Shown here piece after piece: positions 1 through 8,489 of a DNA stretch of 23,102 nucleotides. The DNA is from Opitutales bacterium (GTDB taxonomy: Bacteria; Verrucomicrobiota; Verrucomicrobiia; Opitutales; JABSRG01): assembly GCA_049599475.1 (NCBI GenBank), contig JBMYOQ010000067.1, forward strand, positions 1-23,102. The letters run 5' to 3'. Below the pieces are notes generated by a model. The model was not told the DNA's origin and made no database searches. It saw only the letters and a program-made list of their open reading frames with translations. The first letter of the stretch is position 1. Every line of letters begins with the position of its first letter. Position numbers and translations under genes: made by a program.

Positions 1-52
1 TGGTGCACTTTGACCCGCAAACGAGTGGTGCACTTTAACCCGCAAAATGACA
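1..52. mobile_element. Terminal end of an IS21-family-like insertion sequence (rest lies outside the window)
   Basis: Two 20-nt direct repeats TGGTGCACTTT(G/A)ACCCGCAA at 1-20 and 26-45, followed by AATGACA. The reverse complement reads TGTCATTTTGCGGGTTAAAGTGCACCA. A 5'-TG terminus plus tandem internal transposase-binding repeats is characteristic of IS21-family ends. The adjacent coding frame loses family-like sequence at 52/53. Confidence 0.72.
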
Positions 53-818
53 TATTGCGCAAATCGCCCAATTCCTGTTCGAAAATTCCCGGAAGGTCTC
101 TGGAATTTTCTACGAAATAATAATTGGAGACCGAAGCCTCCGCGAGCGCTATCATCAAGTCCTCATTGTAATCATTGCCAAGACCGACCGTCGTGACACC
201 GACTCCTTGGTCCCTCAGACGTAAGCCCAATCGATGTAAATCACTGGGCTGGCTGGGCCCCTCATTCGCTTGTCCGTCCGAAAGGAGGATTACTCGATTC
301 ACTTTCTCTCGATCAAAGAACCGATCCAGCTGCCGACTGCCTAGCCGAACGCCATCATAGAGCGCAGTGCCTCCTCCCGATCGAATGCGACGCACGATGC
401 GCTTGAGAGCATCACGGTCCTCGATGTGTCTCGGAGAAATCAGAACCTCCGAATCATTCGAATAGGCCACTAAAGAAAAGGTATCCCGCGGCCCTAGCTG
501 ATTGATCAATTCACAGGTGGCGTCAATCGCCTTGGAGATCTTGTCCCCCTTCATCGAACCCGACCGGTCCAACACCACCGAAAGATTAACTGGCAAGCGC
601 TCCTGCTCTCGCTCCGATTGAAGAGGAACACCCTCCACGGCGAGCCGCACCACGACGCGCTCGTTTTTTTCGTGAACAAAGAGTTCGCGCTCTGGCTCAA
701 GCGATAGTTTTACCGATCCGTCGTCCGCTTCAGGCGTTTTTGAAAAAGAAAACTGCGAGAACGAAGCGAGAACTATGGCTCCCGCGCACATAAGGTGAGG
801 CAATCGTTTTTTGATCAT
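53..818 (-). pseudogene. VWA-domain protein (YfbK/Ca-activated chloride channel-like family), 3'-truncated by the IS end; not in the ORF track
   Basis: Manual translation from ATG 818: MIKKRLPHLMCAGAIVLASFSQFSFS (signal-like)...LPVNLSVVLDRSGSMKGDKI (MIDAS DxSxS)...GGGTALYDG...RVILLSDGQANEG...VTTVGLGNDYNEDLMIALAEAS...FVENSRDLPGIFEQELGDLRN. The frame then runs into the IS repeat without a stop codon. Confidence 0.88.
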
Positions 819-910
819 AGGCCCACACTCTAGCTGATACTTCCGCGGAGTGTGTCAGGCTACGGTCAATCAAATGCAAAAGAAATGTAAGTCCTGAAGA
901 AAACCGTTCC

Positions 911-1708
911 TTAGCGCACGAGGATAAAGCGTTTACCGGATTCGTATAATTCTTTTCGATCCTGATAATCTCTCAAGGTCTCCTCGGAGGCCCCTTCCAC
1001 TTTCCCTTCTGCGATAGCTTGTTCCATTGTGCTAATCGCTTTCTCAAACTCTCCGTTACTTGCGTAAGCGGCGGCTAATGTATCTGTGTGGTTATGTTCG
1101 GGTTCAATAATCACAAGCTCCTCCATCAGGCGAATAGCCAGCTCCGGCTGGATCAAGGCATCATCTTCGACAGTGGAAAGAAACCAGGCAGTATTGTTAT
1201 AGGCAAGGGTGTCTTTAGTCGCGACCGCCTTTTGAAACCATTCCAAAGCCTTCTCGTAATCCTGGCTTACATATTCGCCCAACGCATACATTTCCGCGGT
1301 GCGCATCGTAGCATAGGGGTTCCCCATCTTTGCAGCTTTCTCAAAATAGATGAACGCCTGCTCGAGATCCTTCTCGACTCCCCAACCGTTATAATACCGG
1401 ACTCCGGTATTCGATGTCCCAAATACATCACCACCTGCCGCAGCTTTTTTGAACCACCGGAATGCTTCGTCTTCGTTGGGCTCAAAGTAAAAACTACCCT
1501 CGGAAAAATAGACGCCAATACTGTTCTGAGCGGAGGGGTCTCCAAACAGTGCGTCAATATACTCATCCCGTTGATAAGATCCCTCAAGAAATACGAGTCG
1601 AAAGCGCGACTGAGCAAAGCTGAAGGTATTCGATAAGAATCCAGAAGAATACAACACCCAGAGTATCAATAGGGCAGATACAGATATAACAGCTGATTTC
1701 CGACTCAT
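911..1708 (-). CDS. Sel1-like repeat/TPR protein with N-terminal membrane anchor
   Basis: Three Sel1 repeats (AQNSIGVYF...AFRWFKKAA; GVRYYNGWGVEKDLEQAFIYFEKAA; YVSQDYEKALEWFQKA). PVC-style TPR tail NNTAWFLST...DTLAAAYASNGEFEKA...YQDRKELY. Hydrophobic N-terminus. Confidence 0.88.
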   Translation of the reverse strand: MSRKSAVISVSALLILWVLYSSGFLSNTFSFAQSRFRLVFLEGSYQRDEYIDALFGDPSAQNSIGVYFSEGSFYFEPNEDEAFRWFKKAAAGGDVFGTSNTGVRYYNGWGVEKDLEQAFIYFEKAAKMGNPYATMRTAEMYALGEYVSQDYEKALEWFQKAVATKDTLAYNNTAWFLSTVEDDALIQPELAIRLMEELVIIEPEHNHTDTLAAAYASNGEFEKAISTMEQAIAEGKVEGASEETLRDYQDRKELYESGKRFILVR

Positions 1709-2017
1709 AAACCTTCCCCAAATTTCGTAATATTTTTTACCTAAGGTCGCCCTCCAATTGCTGCGGGTACCGGTTGATTAGATTCCTCAAATTGATTAAT
1801 TTTTTCAGCCCTGAAATGAGGGATTTGTCCGCGGTATGTATTCTGATCTCCATGTCGATAGAGTGCCCTCAATAGATGTATGCTGTACAAGCTTTCTTAT
1901 AGGTTTTCGAACACACCCTAAGGGTCATGTTAACAATCGTCTTAAAAAATCGACGAAATCTAATTAAATCAGCATTTATAGGCTTACACTTCAAACCGAG
2001 AGAACTATCCATACAGA

Positions 2018-3964
2018 TCAACGACCACCAACTCGAAAAAACTGCATAGGTGATTCCGTCAATGCTTCACCCTTAAATTCGACCCAACCACTCTCGATGG
2101 TTGCATCAAGCCCCAAAATTTCGTAAACCTGCTTCTCTACGGCAGGATACGCGAGATTCCCATCGGTAAATCCAAGTAAACGCACCCAATTAGTTTCAGT
2201 ATCAAAGTCTCCCATTATATAAAATGAATACACGGGATATTTGTTACCGCTAATTGTCATCAAACGAATTCGCGGTTCGCGTGACTGATACCCTTCACTC
2301 GGAGTCCATCCGAGGAGTGCCTTCGTCTCATTGGACACTCCATCTCCTTTGAAGCTTCCGTTGATAACCCAATCGTCCGGATTATCGGAAGCCGACTCAA
2401 GTTCTTCCTGTAACCAGGTAAACAAATCGCGATCTATATTCAATCGAGATAGCACAGTGGAATTATCACCGAAAAGTGACCCATCGAATAGGGCATCGAG
2501 TTCTAGCGCCACGTTTTCGTCAGTATATCCGGAGTCTTTCAGTTTAGCTGGAATCGCCTTCATTCGAAACACTTCGTTTTCCTCAAATTCAAATTCATAA
2601 TCTAGATCTTCACCAAAGCCGCCGACATTTAGATCAGCATTTCCGAAGTCCGAAACATCCCCTCCTCGCTGTACTCCAAAATGTACTGGGGACTGGTCCT
2701 CATAAACCTCCTCAACAAGAGGATTCATAAAAAAGAGTGAACGGCTGTCCTCATCGGGTGTTCGGAATGAATCTGTAAGCCCAAATCTGATACATTTTGA
2801 AAACTTAACATCAGCCGTCTGCCCATCGACACTCGTCTCACTAAATGCACCAGCTAAATAGACGGCGCCTTCCGGAAAGGTTACTATCGAACCAATCCAT
2901 CGATCAAAAGAAATGGGCGTGACTTCCTGTAAATCAATAAGCCGATTACCAGAGATACAATAGCGGTCGAAATATAGTTTACCATCGGACTCATGGCGAA
3001 ATTCACCAGCCACCAGAAGGTAATCGAAACCTCCCATCGTGATCATCTCCAACTCATACACGCTTCCAGCATAAATCGGACTATCCAACCCCAGATTCTC
3101 CCCCGTATCATCGAGTCGAACCAATACATCTCCATAGGACCCTCCAACCAAGACCGACCCATCTTCCAGTTCAATAATCGCTTCTACATAATCGAAATAG
3201 ACATCTGTTTCGAAACTAGTGTCTAAAGTGCCATCGCTATTCAAGCGAGCGAGGTTGGCGTATCCCTTTCCATCGACTGCAAAGCGCCCTCCCACCATGA
3301 TTTTACCATCGTCCAAAACAGCTATCTCAGAAATGTATGTGTACTCTGGAGTATCCAGTGGAGAGAGTGAGGTTCCTCCCTCAAAGCTCTCATCTAAAGT
3401 CCCATCTGGCCATATTCTGCAGATATAAGGGACTGACACGTCACTGTATTCTGTAAAAGTGCCTGCTATGAGTATCTGACCACTATCCAGGGGCTTAATC
3501 ATCCGAACCATTTCATTCGGCCCACTTCCGGCGTCAAACAGCTCTTCGATAGAACCGTTTGGATTCAGTCGAATCAAGTTAGGGTAATCTAGGCCATCCC
3601 AAGTATTCCACTCACCTCCTGCGAGTATGTCGTCATTCGGGAGCCTGAGCATCGAGTTAACATAATTATATGTCGCACCACCAGGACCATCGCCTACATC
3701 GAAGTCATTGTCCGATTCGTATTCACCGCTATAGTGTGTGGGATCGCCTATTCGCCATCGAAAAATACCTCCATCAAACAATCCCCCAAGAATGACGCCT
3801 CCATCTCGGTCAACGACAACATCATACACTCTCCCAGAATAACTGAAAACCTGATACGGATCTCGCTCGAGTGAAAACCCCGTATCCAATCGAATTTCAA
3901 ACCGATTGCCGCCTGCGAATAATGAACCCAGGAAACAAAAACTGATTAACACACGCAATAGCAC
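2018..3964 (-). CDS. Secreted delta-60 repeat (DUF5122-like beta-propeller) protein
   Basis: Signal peptide; repeated LIRLNPNGSIEELF, ICRIWPDGTLDESF and DGKIMVGGRF...LARLNSDGTLDTSF units; a Calx-beta-like segment; C-terminal ...MQFFRVGGR tail. Confidence 0.8.
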   Translation of the reverse strand: MLLRVLISFCFLGSLFAGGNRFEIRLDTGFSLERDPYQVFSYSGRVYDVVVDRDGGVILGGLFDGGIFRWRIGDPTHYSGEYESDNDFDVGDGPGGATYNYVNSMLRLPNDDILAGGEWNTWDGLDYPNLIRLNPNGSIEELFDAGSGPNEMVRMIKPLDSGQILIAGTFTEYSDVSVPYICRIWPDGTLDESFEGGTSLSPLDTPEYTYISEIAVLDDGKIMVGGRFAVDGKGYANLARLNSDGTLDTSFETDVYFDYVEAIIELEDGSVLVGGSYGDVLVRLDDTGENLGLDSPIYAGSVYELEMITMGGFDYLLVAGEFRHESDGKLYFDRYCISGNRLIDLQEVTPISFDRWIGSIVTFPEGAVYLAGAFSETSVDGQTADVKFSKCIRFGLTDSFRTPDEDSRSLFFMNPLVEEVYEDQSPVHFGVQRGGDVSDFGNADLNVGGFGEDLDYEFEFEENEVFRMKAIPAKLKDSGYTDENVALELDALFDGSLFGDNSTVLSRLNIDRDLFTWLQEELESASDNPDDWVINGSFKGDGVSNETKALLGWTPSEGYQSREPRIRLMTISGNKYPVYSFYIMGDFDTETNWVRLLGFTDGNLAYPAVEKQVYEILGLDATIESGWVEFKGEALTESPMQFFRVGGR

Positions 3965-4124
3965 AGTGCCTTGATAGTATCCTTAAGGGGAATTCCGCAA
4001 GCCTGAATTAGGGCGACACACCAACCATGCGATTGAATAATAGAAGAGCTGTGGTCATGAACGCAAACAGCGCAAACATTGACGGCGAGCAGGCACAATA
4101 GACCTCCACTAACAATGCGTGATG

Positions 4125-4514
4125 CTAAGCAGTTCTATGCGTAAGACAAATCAGATTTCCACAAGTATCTTCGAACATGACAAAGCGCGCCCCGCCCATT
4201 TCTTGGGGTTCACCACGAAACACAACCCCGAGCGCCTGAAGTTTCTCCATCTCCGCATCAAGGTCCGAACTCTCAAACTGCATGGCGGGGACCCCTGACT
4301 CATACAGGGATTTGTAATACTCTTTCGCCGGCGCGAAGCCCAGCGGCTCCAGCAAAAGCTCGACGCCTTCAACGCCCTCTGGCGACGTAAGGGTAAGCCA
4401 TCGGTGCTCGCCCATAGGAATATCTTCCTTTTTCACGAAACCCAGCTTTTCTGTATAGAAAGCCAAGGCCTTGGCCTGATCGTTTACCGGGATGCTTGTT
4501 AGATTAATTTTCAT
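4125..4514 (-). CDS. VOC family (glyoxalase/bleomycin resistance) protein
   Basis: MKINLTSIPVNDQAKALAFYTEKLGF...RWLTL...FEDTCGNLICL is a typical VOC pattern. The gene lies 2 nt downstream of the serine hydrolase stop. Confidence 0.92.
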   Translation of the reverse strand: MKINLTSIPVNDQAKALAFYTEKLGFVKKEDIPMGEHRWLTLTSPEGVEGVELLLEPLGFAPAKEYYKSLYESGVPAMQFESSDLDAEMEKLQALGVVFRGEPQEMGGARFVMFEDTCGNLICLTHRTA

Positions 4515-4516
4515 TT

Positions 4517-5776
4517 CTACTCTATAAGGCTTTGATAGACGGCTGCTTTGACCTTTTCAGCCAAAGGTTGAATTTCTAGGTATCCACGATTCTGTGTGAA
4601 GAAAATGATTACAACATCATGCTCGGGAACCAACCAGAAGTGGGTGCTTGCCGCACCCGACCAGCCCGCTTCGCCGACGCTCGTCAAATTTCCCGCTAGC
4701 TCGGGATTGACCATTACTTTGACCGCGCCACCAAAGCCATAGCCTTTCGCGAACCGCTCATACGGCGAACCGGGCGCTTCGTAAGGCAATTCATCCTCTG
4801 CCAAATGATTGCTCAGCATGAAGTCGACGGACGCTTTCGATAAAATTTTTTTTCCCTTCCACTTGCCTCCTTGCATCAGCATGCGGGCAAATCGCCAATA
4901 CCCTCGGGCATCCCCGACGAGACCTGTTCCACCCCAGGTTACGCGATCTTCTGACAACCAGGAAATGTCCTCGGTTTTTTCTGCATATTCACCAGCCTCA
5001 TTCAATACATACAGATTCATGAGGCGATCCAAGTTGCCCGGCGCCACGTTGTAGCCAAAATCGTCCATTCCCAAAGGCTCAAATAGCTCTCGCCTCACGA
5101 AGGCGTCATAGGGCTCACCTGCGAGATATTCGACCAAACCCGCTAGAACATCCTGCGAGTATCCATAGCTCCACTGGGCACCTGGCTCAAACATCAGGGG
5201 CGCATCCGCGATCATGAGCGCTACCTCAGAAATAGATGCACCTACACCAGGCAATTCCAGGGACTTCAGCTTCATGTGCGCGGGATGATCGCTATACGCA
5301 TAGTAGAATCCAGCTGTGTGCATCATCAGGTCCAACACTGTTGGGTAGCTATCAGGCACCTTGGTGACCATATTCTCCCCTTCACCCGATACATAGACCC
5401 GCAGTTTTTCCATTTCCGGCCAAAGCTCGTTAATCGGATCATCCAGTAAAAAGGCGCCGCGTTCATAGAGAACAAAAGCAGCAGCCACTGTAATCGGCTT
5501 GGTCATCGAAAAATAGCGATACAGGGTATCCTCCTCCACCGGCTGCGAAGCGCCATCCATGGTCCCGTAGGTGGAAAATTTCTCGATATCTCCGCCTTGC
5601 GAAATAAGGACCGCGCCACCAGGAAATTTCTTTTCCTCAATCCATGCCTCCATCATCCCATCGATGCGGTCGAGGCGATCGGAATTCAGCTGCATTTCAG
5701 CGAACGCCGAGACCCCAACACTCAGAGAGAAGATAACTAATAAGCTCAGCGCGCTCCTTCGGAAAACGGTATACAT
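4517..5776 (-). CDS. Serine hydrolase, beta-lactamase class C/esterase family, secreted
   Basis: SxxK motif (FSMTKP), LMMHTAG, FEPGAQWSYG and GWSGAAST. Start reassigned to ATG 5776, which has GGAGGTGG just upstream, begins a signal peptide (MYTVFRRSALSLLVIFSLSVGVSAFA) and removes the overlap with the upstream gene. Confidence 0.88.
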   Translation of the reverse strand: MYTVFRRSALSLLVIFSLSVGVSAFAEMQLNSDRLDRIDGMMEAWIEEKKFPGGAVLISQGGDIEKFSTYGTMDGASQPVEEDTLYRYFSMTKPITVAAAFVLYERGAFLLDDPINELWPEMEKLRVYVSGEGENMVTKVPDSYPTVLDLMMHTAGFYYAYSDHPAHMKLKSLELPGVGASISEVALMIADAPLMFEPGAQWSYGYSQDVLAGLVEYLAGEPYDAFVRRELFEPLGMDDFGYNVAPGNLDRLMNLYVLNEAGEYAEKTEDISWLSEDRVTWGGTGLVGDARGYWRFARMLMQGGKWKGKKILSKASVDFMLSNHLAEDELPYEAPGSPYERFAKGYGFGGAVKVMVNPELAGNLTSVGEAGWSGAASTHFWLVPEHDVVIIFFTQNRGYLEIQPLAEKVKAAVYQSLIE

Positions 5777-5807
5777 ACATCCACCTCCAGCAGATTCCCA
5801 TCCACTT

Positions 5808-6221
5808 TTAAGGCTCCCGAAGCTTACCCTTGGCAACGACACCAGACCGGGCATGCACACCATGCATAACTAGAGTCAAAGCAAGTATGGCGAATGTTTG
5901 GATCCAATAGGGAGCCGTCGTTTGACCTTCGGCGAGTAGATTTTTGAGATCTCCAGAAACGTTCACACTACTCAACCCTAGACAGGTGAGGTACATCAAT
6001 ACAATTGCCGAACTCCGGAGCTGTGGTAGCCGAAACGCTTGAATAAACAAAATTACATATGCGCAGACCGCAAATGATATGATCCGATCTTGGTAGGCAT
6101 AGAACGGCACATCGTAGTAGATAAATAATACCGGGACCTTGATACTGAAAAAGTGCGCCGTTGCCATAAATATAAAGTAGACGGCGTTCATCAAAAACAG
6201 GGTATCAGCTAGCTTTCTCAT
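5808..6221 (-). CDS. Hypothetical membrane protein (about 4 TM segments)
   Basis: 137-aa ORF with four hydrophobic stretches; overlaps the upstream ORF by 17 nt, in the same orientation as its neighbours. Confidence 0.75.
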   Translation of the reverse strand: MRKLADTLFLMNAVYFIFMATAHFFSIKVPVLFIYYDVPFYAYQDRIISFAVCAYVILFIQAFRLPQLRSSAIVLMYLTCLGLSSVNVSGDLKNLLAEGQTTAPYWIQTFAILALTLVMHGVHARSGVVAKGKLREP

Positions 6222-6576
6222 TTCTCTCTGATTCAGTCGTTTCTATCCATTTATTCGTAACAGAGGAAGACTCCCCAGAAATACTATATAAACGCCAGCG
6301 CGATTTTGCTGACCCCGAGCTCTGGCGCTGAAAATATATTTTCATAGTAAGCTCTCGATCCGTCTCCACACGATACCAATGTTTCCTGAGATATCGCTCA
6401 CGCGAGCCATGGCTGCAGCTTCCCAACTCCTTCCAGACTTCTACGACGCGCTGGATCCCATAAGTCTTCCCCTTCCAAATAAAAGCCTCCGGCAACCCCG
6501 GCTCTCCCGTCGCCATCACCGCGGTATTAAATGTATTACCTTTCGGCTTAATACCTTCGCCTACAAACTGTTCCAT
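6205..6576 (-). CDS. DUF6504-like small cytoplasmic protein
   Basis: Pattern P-x-x-F-x-W-x-G...V-x-x-W...KHWYRVET...IYF...W-x-L, recognised as DUF6504-like. Confidence 0.7.
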   Translation of the reverse strand: MEQFVGEGIKPKGNTFNTAVMATGEPGLPEAFIWKGKTYGIQRVVEVWKELGSCSHGSRERYLRKHWYRVETDRELTMKIYFQRQSSGSAKSRWRLYSISGESSSVTNKWIETTESERNEKAS

Positions 6577-6604
6577 CGTGGAGAAACATATTTATTGTGT
6601 GGCG

Positions 6605-8164
6605 CTAGTCCAGGCTTACCATTCGCACATCCTTAAACATAGCGGCATTCTTACTTATTTTAAGAGAATTACCACTTTCGGTCGTGACATTCTTTAAGGC
6701 AACTTCGCGCGTGACTGCGTAAGGATAAGGCCCGGATTCATCAGCATCACCATATGTCGGATTGAAATCTGCGAAGATCACTGGTTCGGCACCCTTAGAG
6801 TCATGAATATGCAATCCATCAATTGTGATGCGTTCTGGCATACTGCATGGGTAGCCGAAATCATGATCCATTAAGTTGCGCCCGAAAACCAAGTTTATAT
6901 TCTTTCCTTTGGGGTAGAAATGGCAGCTTCGGATTACAAACTCACCTTGCCAATTACTTCCGTAATCGGGACGTAGTGAGATAAACTCACGGGCATAAAT
7001 TTTCGTATTCTCGAGAGTAAGCTTTCCTCCTCCGATGACTTTGCAACCCATGTGGCCAAGCGTAGAATTTCTGATCGTAGCGTGAGTGACTCCTTTGTGC
7101 GCATCGAAGCGCGAAAACGAACACCCATCGAGAAGAAGGTTTTTACTATAGTTCGAAGCCATTAATCCCCAGAGCTTCTTATTATGAATATCATTGATCT
7201 GCTTACAATTGATGAAAGAGACATCGATAGAGTTATTCACTAATATATCATAACTACCCATGGAAACAGGCTTCCCTGCGCTACCAATCGTACGGTAAGC
7301 CTTTCGGCCAGACACTTTGCAGTTCTTGATCGTCACGTTTGAACTGTTTGCTATGTTGAAAAATCCTCCGTAGGGCGCCCCCTGTTTTCCCTCATCAGTT
7401 ACATGATGCTCCATTCTTTCAACGACTACATTGGACCGTCGAATCGCTAGATTGCGCTGATGGTAGTTGTATTTTGATTCCGCCTGATTGGCCACGGTTT
7501 TGAAAACACCTCCAGTGATGGTCAGAGTCTCCTCATCGATGGGATACGCGGTCGCCTCTGTAATCTGTTCGAAATCCCAAATCACTGGAGCACTCATATC
7601 TATATTGCCTTCAGCATCGACGAGAAAAACATCCAGCTGAGGACTTCCTGCATTCTGATTTCCTCCCTTGCGAATAAAGTGTTTTACGCGAGAATTTTCG
7701 ACCCGTATCAGCGCGGGCTCAGCGAGGGAGGCATCAATACGCTCTTGGTTTCGCTTCAAGGTGTGGATCGATGATAGCGAGTAGGGTTCATATTTCGACT
7801 GCACGCTAAAGACGTGAGCCTTAATGTTCTCCAATTCCCTATCGTCAATGATGAAGGTCGCAGTGCCAAAATCGGTATCTGTCTGAATGAACGCCGTTAA
7901 GTCGCGCCCACCGATGTAATAGACCCCGCCGTCTTTCGCCTTCACAGGTAAGCCGTGCTGATTCGCATAGGCATGGGCTTTAACAATAGCCTGAAAGTCA
8001 TCTGTTTCTCCATCCGCACGCGCTCCGAAGTCCTCGTAAGAAACGACCCGTTTGCCAGCAGCTGGCACATCATCAGTGGATGCGGAAACAACTGAGCATA
8101 CCGATGTTAGCAGAATAGAGAAAATAGCCCTTTGTTTTATCACAATACATTTAACGAAGCCCAA
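6605..8164 (-). CDS. Secreted right-handed parallel beta-helix (pectate lyase-like) protein
   Basis: Signal-like N-terminus; VSYEDFGARADGETDDFQAI motif typical of Pectate_lyase_3-type N-termini; repeated N-V-T-I-x-N-C beta-helix rungs. The true start may be GTG 8143. Confidence 0.78.
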   Translation of the reverse strand: MGFVKCIVIKQRAIFSILLTSVCSVVSASTDDVPAAGKRVVSYEDFGARADGETDDFQAIVKAHAYANQHGLPVKAKDGGVYYIGGRDLTAFIQTDTDFGTATFIIDDRELENIKAHVFSVQSKYEPYSLSSIHTLKRNQERIDASLAEPALIRVENSRVKHFIRKGGNQNAGSPQLDVFLVDAEGNIDMSAPVIWDFEQITEATAYPIDEETLTITGGVFKTVANQAESKYNYHQRNLAIRRSNVVVERMEHHVTDEGKQGAPYGGFFNIANSSNVTIKNCKVSGRKAYRTIGSAGKPVSMGSYDILVNNSIDVSFINCKQINDIHNKKLWGLMASNYSKNLLLDGCSFSRFDAHKGVTHATIRNSTLGHMGCKVIGGGKLTLENTKIYAREFISLRPDYGSNWQGEFVIRSCHFYPKGKNINLVFGRNLMDHDFGYPCSMPERITIDGLHIHDSKGAEPVIFADFNPTYGDADESGPYPYAVTREVALKNVTTESGNSLKISKNAAMFKDVRMVSLD

Positions 8165-8489
8165 ATCAAAATGTTACAATGTATATTAAGCCACACTATC
8201 AATAGTTATTCCGCGATGGTCGATACTGGATGCTCAGATCAGAAATTCTGAAGGCCTTGTCAGTATTCAAAACTTCGACAGTAAACTCCCTCAGCCTATT
8301 TTCCAGCTCGTTGACTGTCTTTCCGCCCTAAGACATCCATAAATCGCCAGACAGATGAATGACCACCCACTCCCGAGAGCCGGTGTAGTGCAGGGAAGAT
8401 TTCAGACAATCAACACCCCAAAAACCATCAGAATTTGAGATCCTGACCTTTACAAGCGGCTACTCCAGCGCCTTATTCCTAAACCAAAT

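Noticed and set aside
1..45. Tandem 20-mers as CRISPR repeats or iterons
   Set aside because: The 5-nt spacer, the TG/CA terminus and the gene interruption fit an IS end better.
175..360. 61-aa plus-strand ORF
   Set aside because: Antisense to the real VWA gene on the minus strand.
1737..1853. 38-aa minus-strand ORF (MEIRIHTADKSLISGLKKLINLRNLINRYPQQLEGDLR) upstream of the Sel1 gene
   Set aside because: Short, with a weak and distant SD and no recognisable motif; it cannot be distinguished from chance.
5777..5863. ORF-track N-terminal extensions of the serine hydrolase (likewise sufU to 15632 and the MCP to 14265)
   Set aside because: Downstream ATGs give better SD, signal-peptide or family starts, and for the hydrolase and sufU they also remove overlaps with upstream genes.
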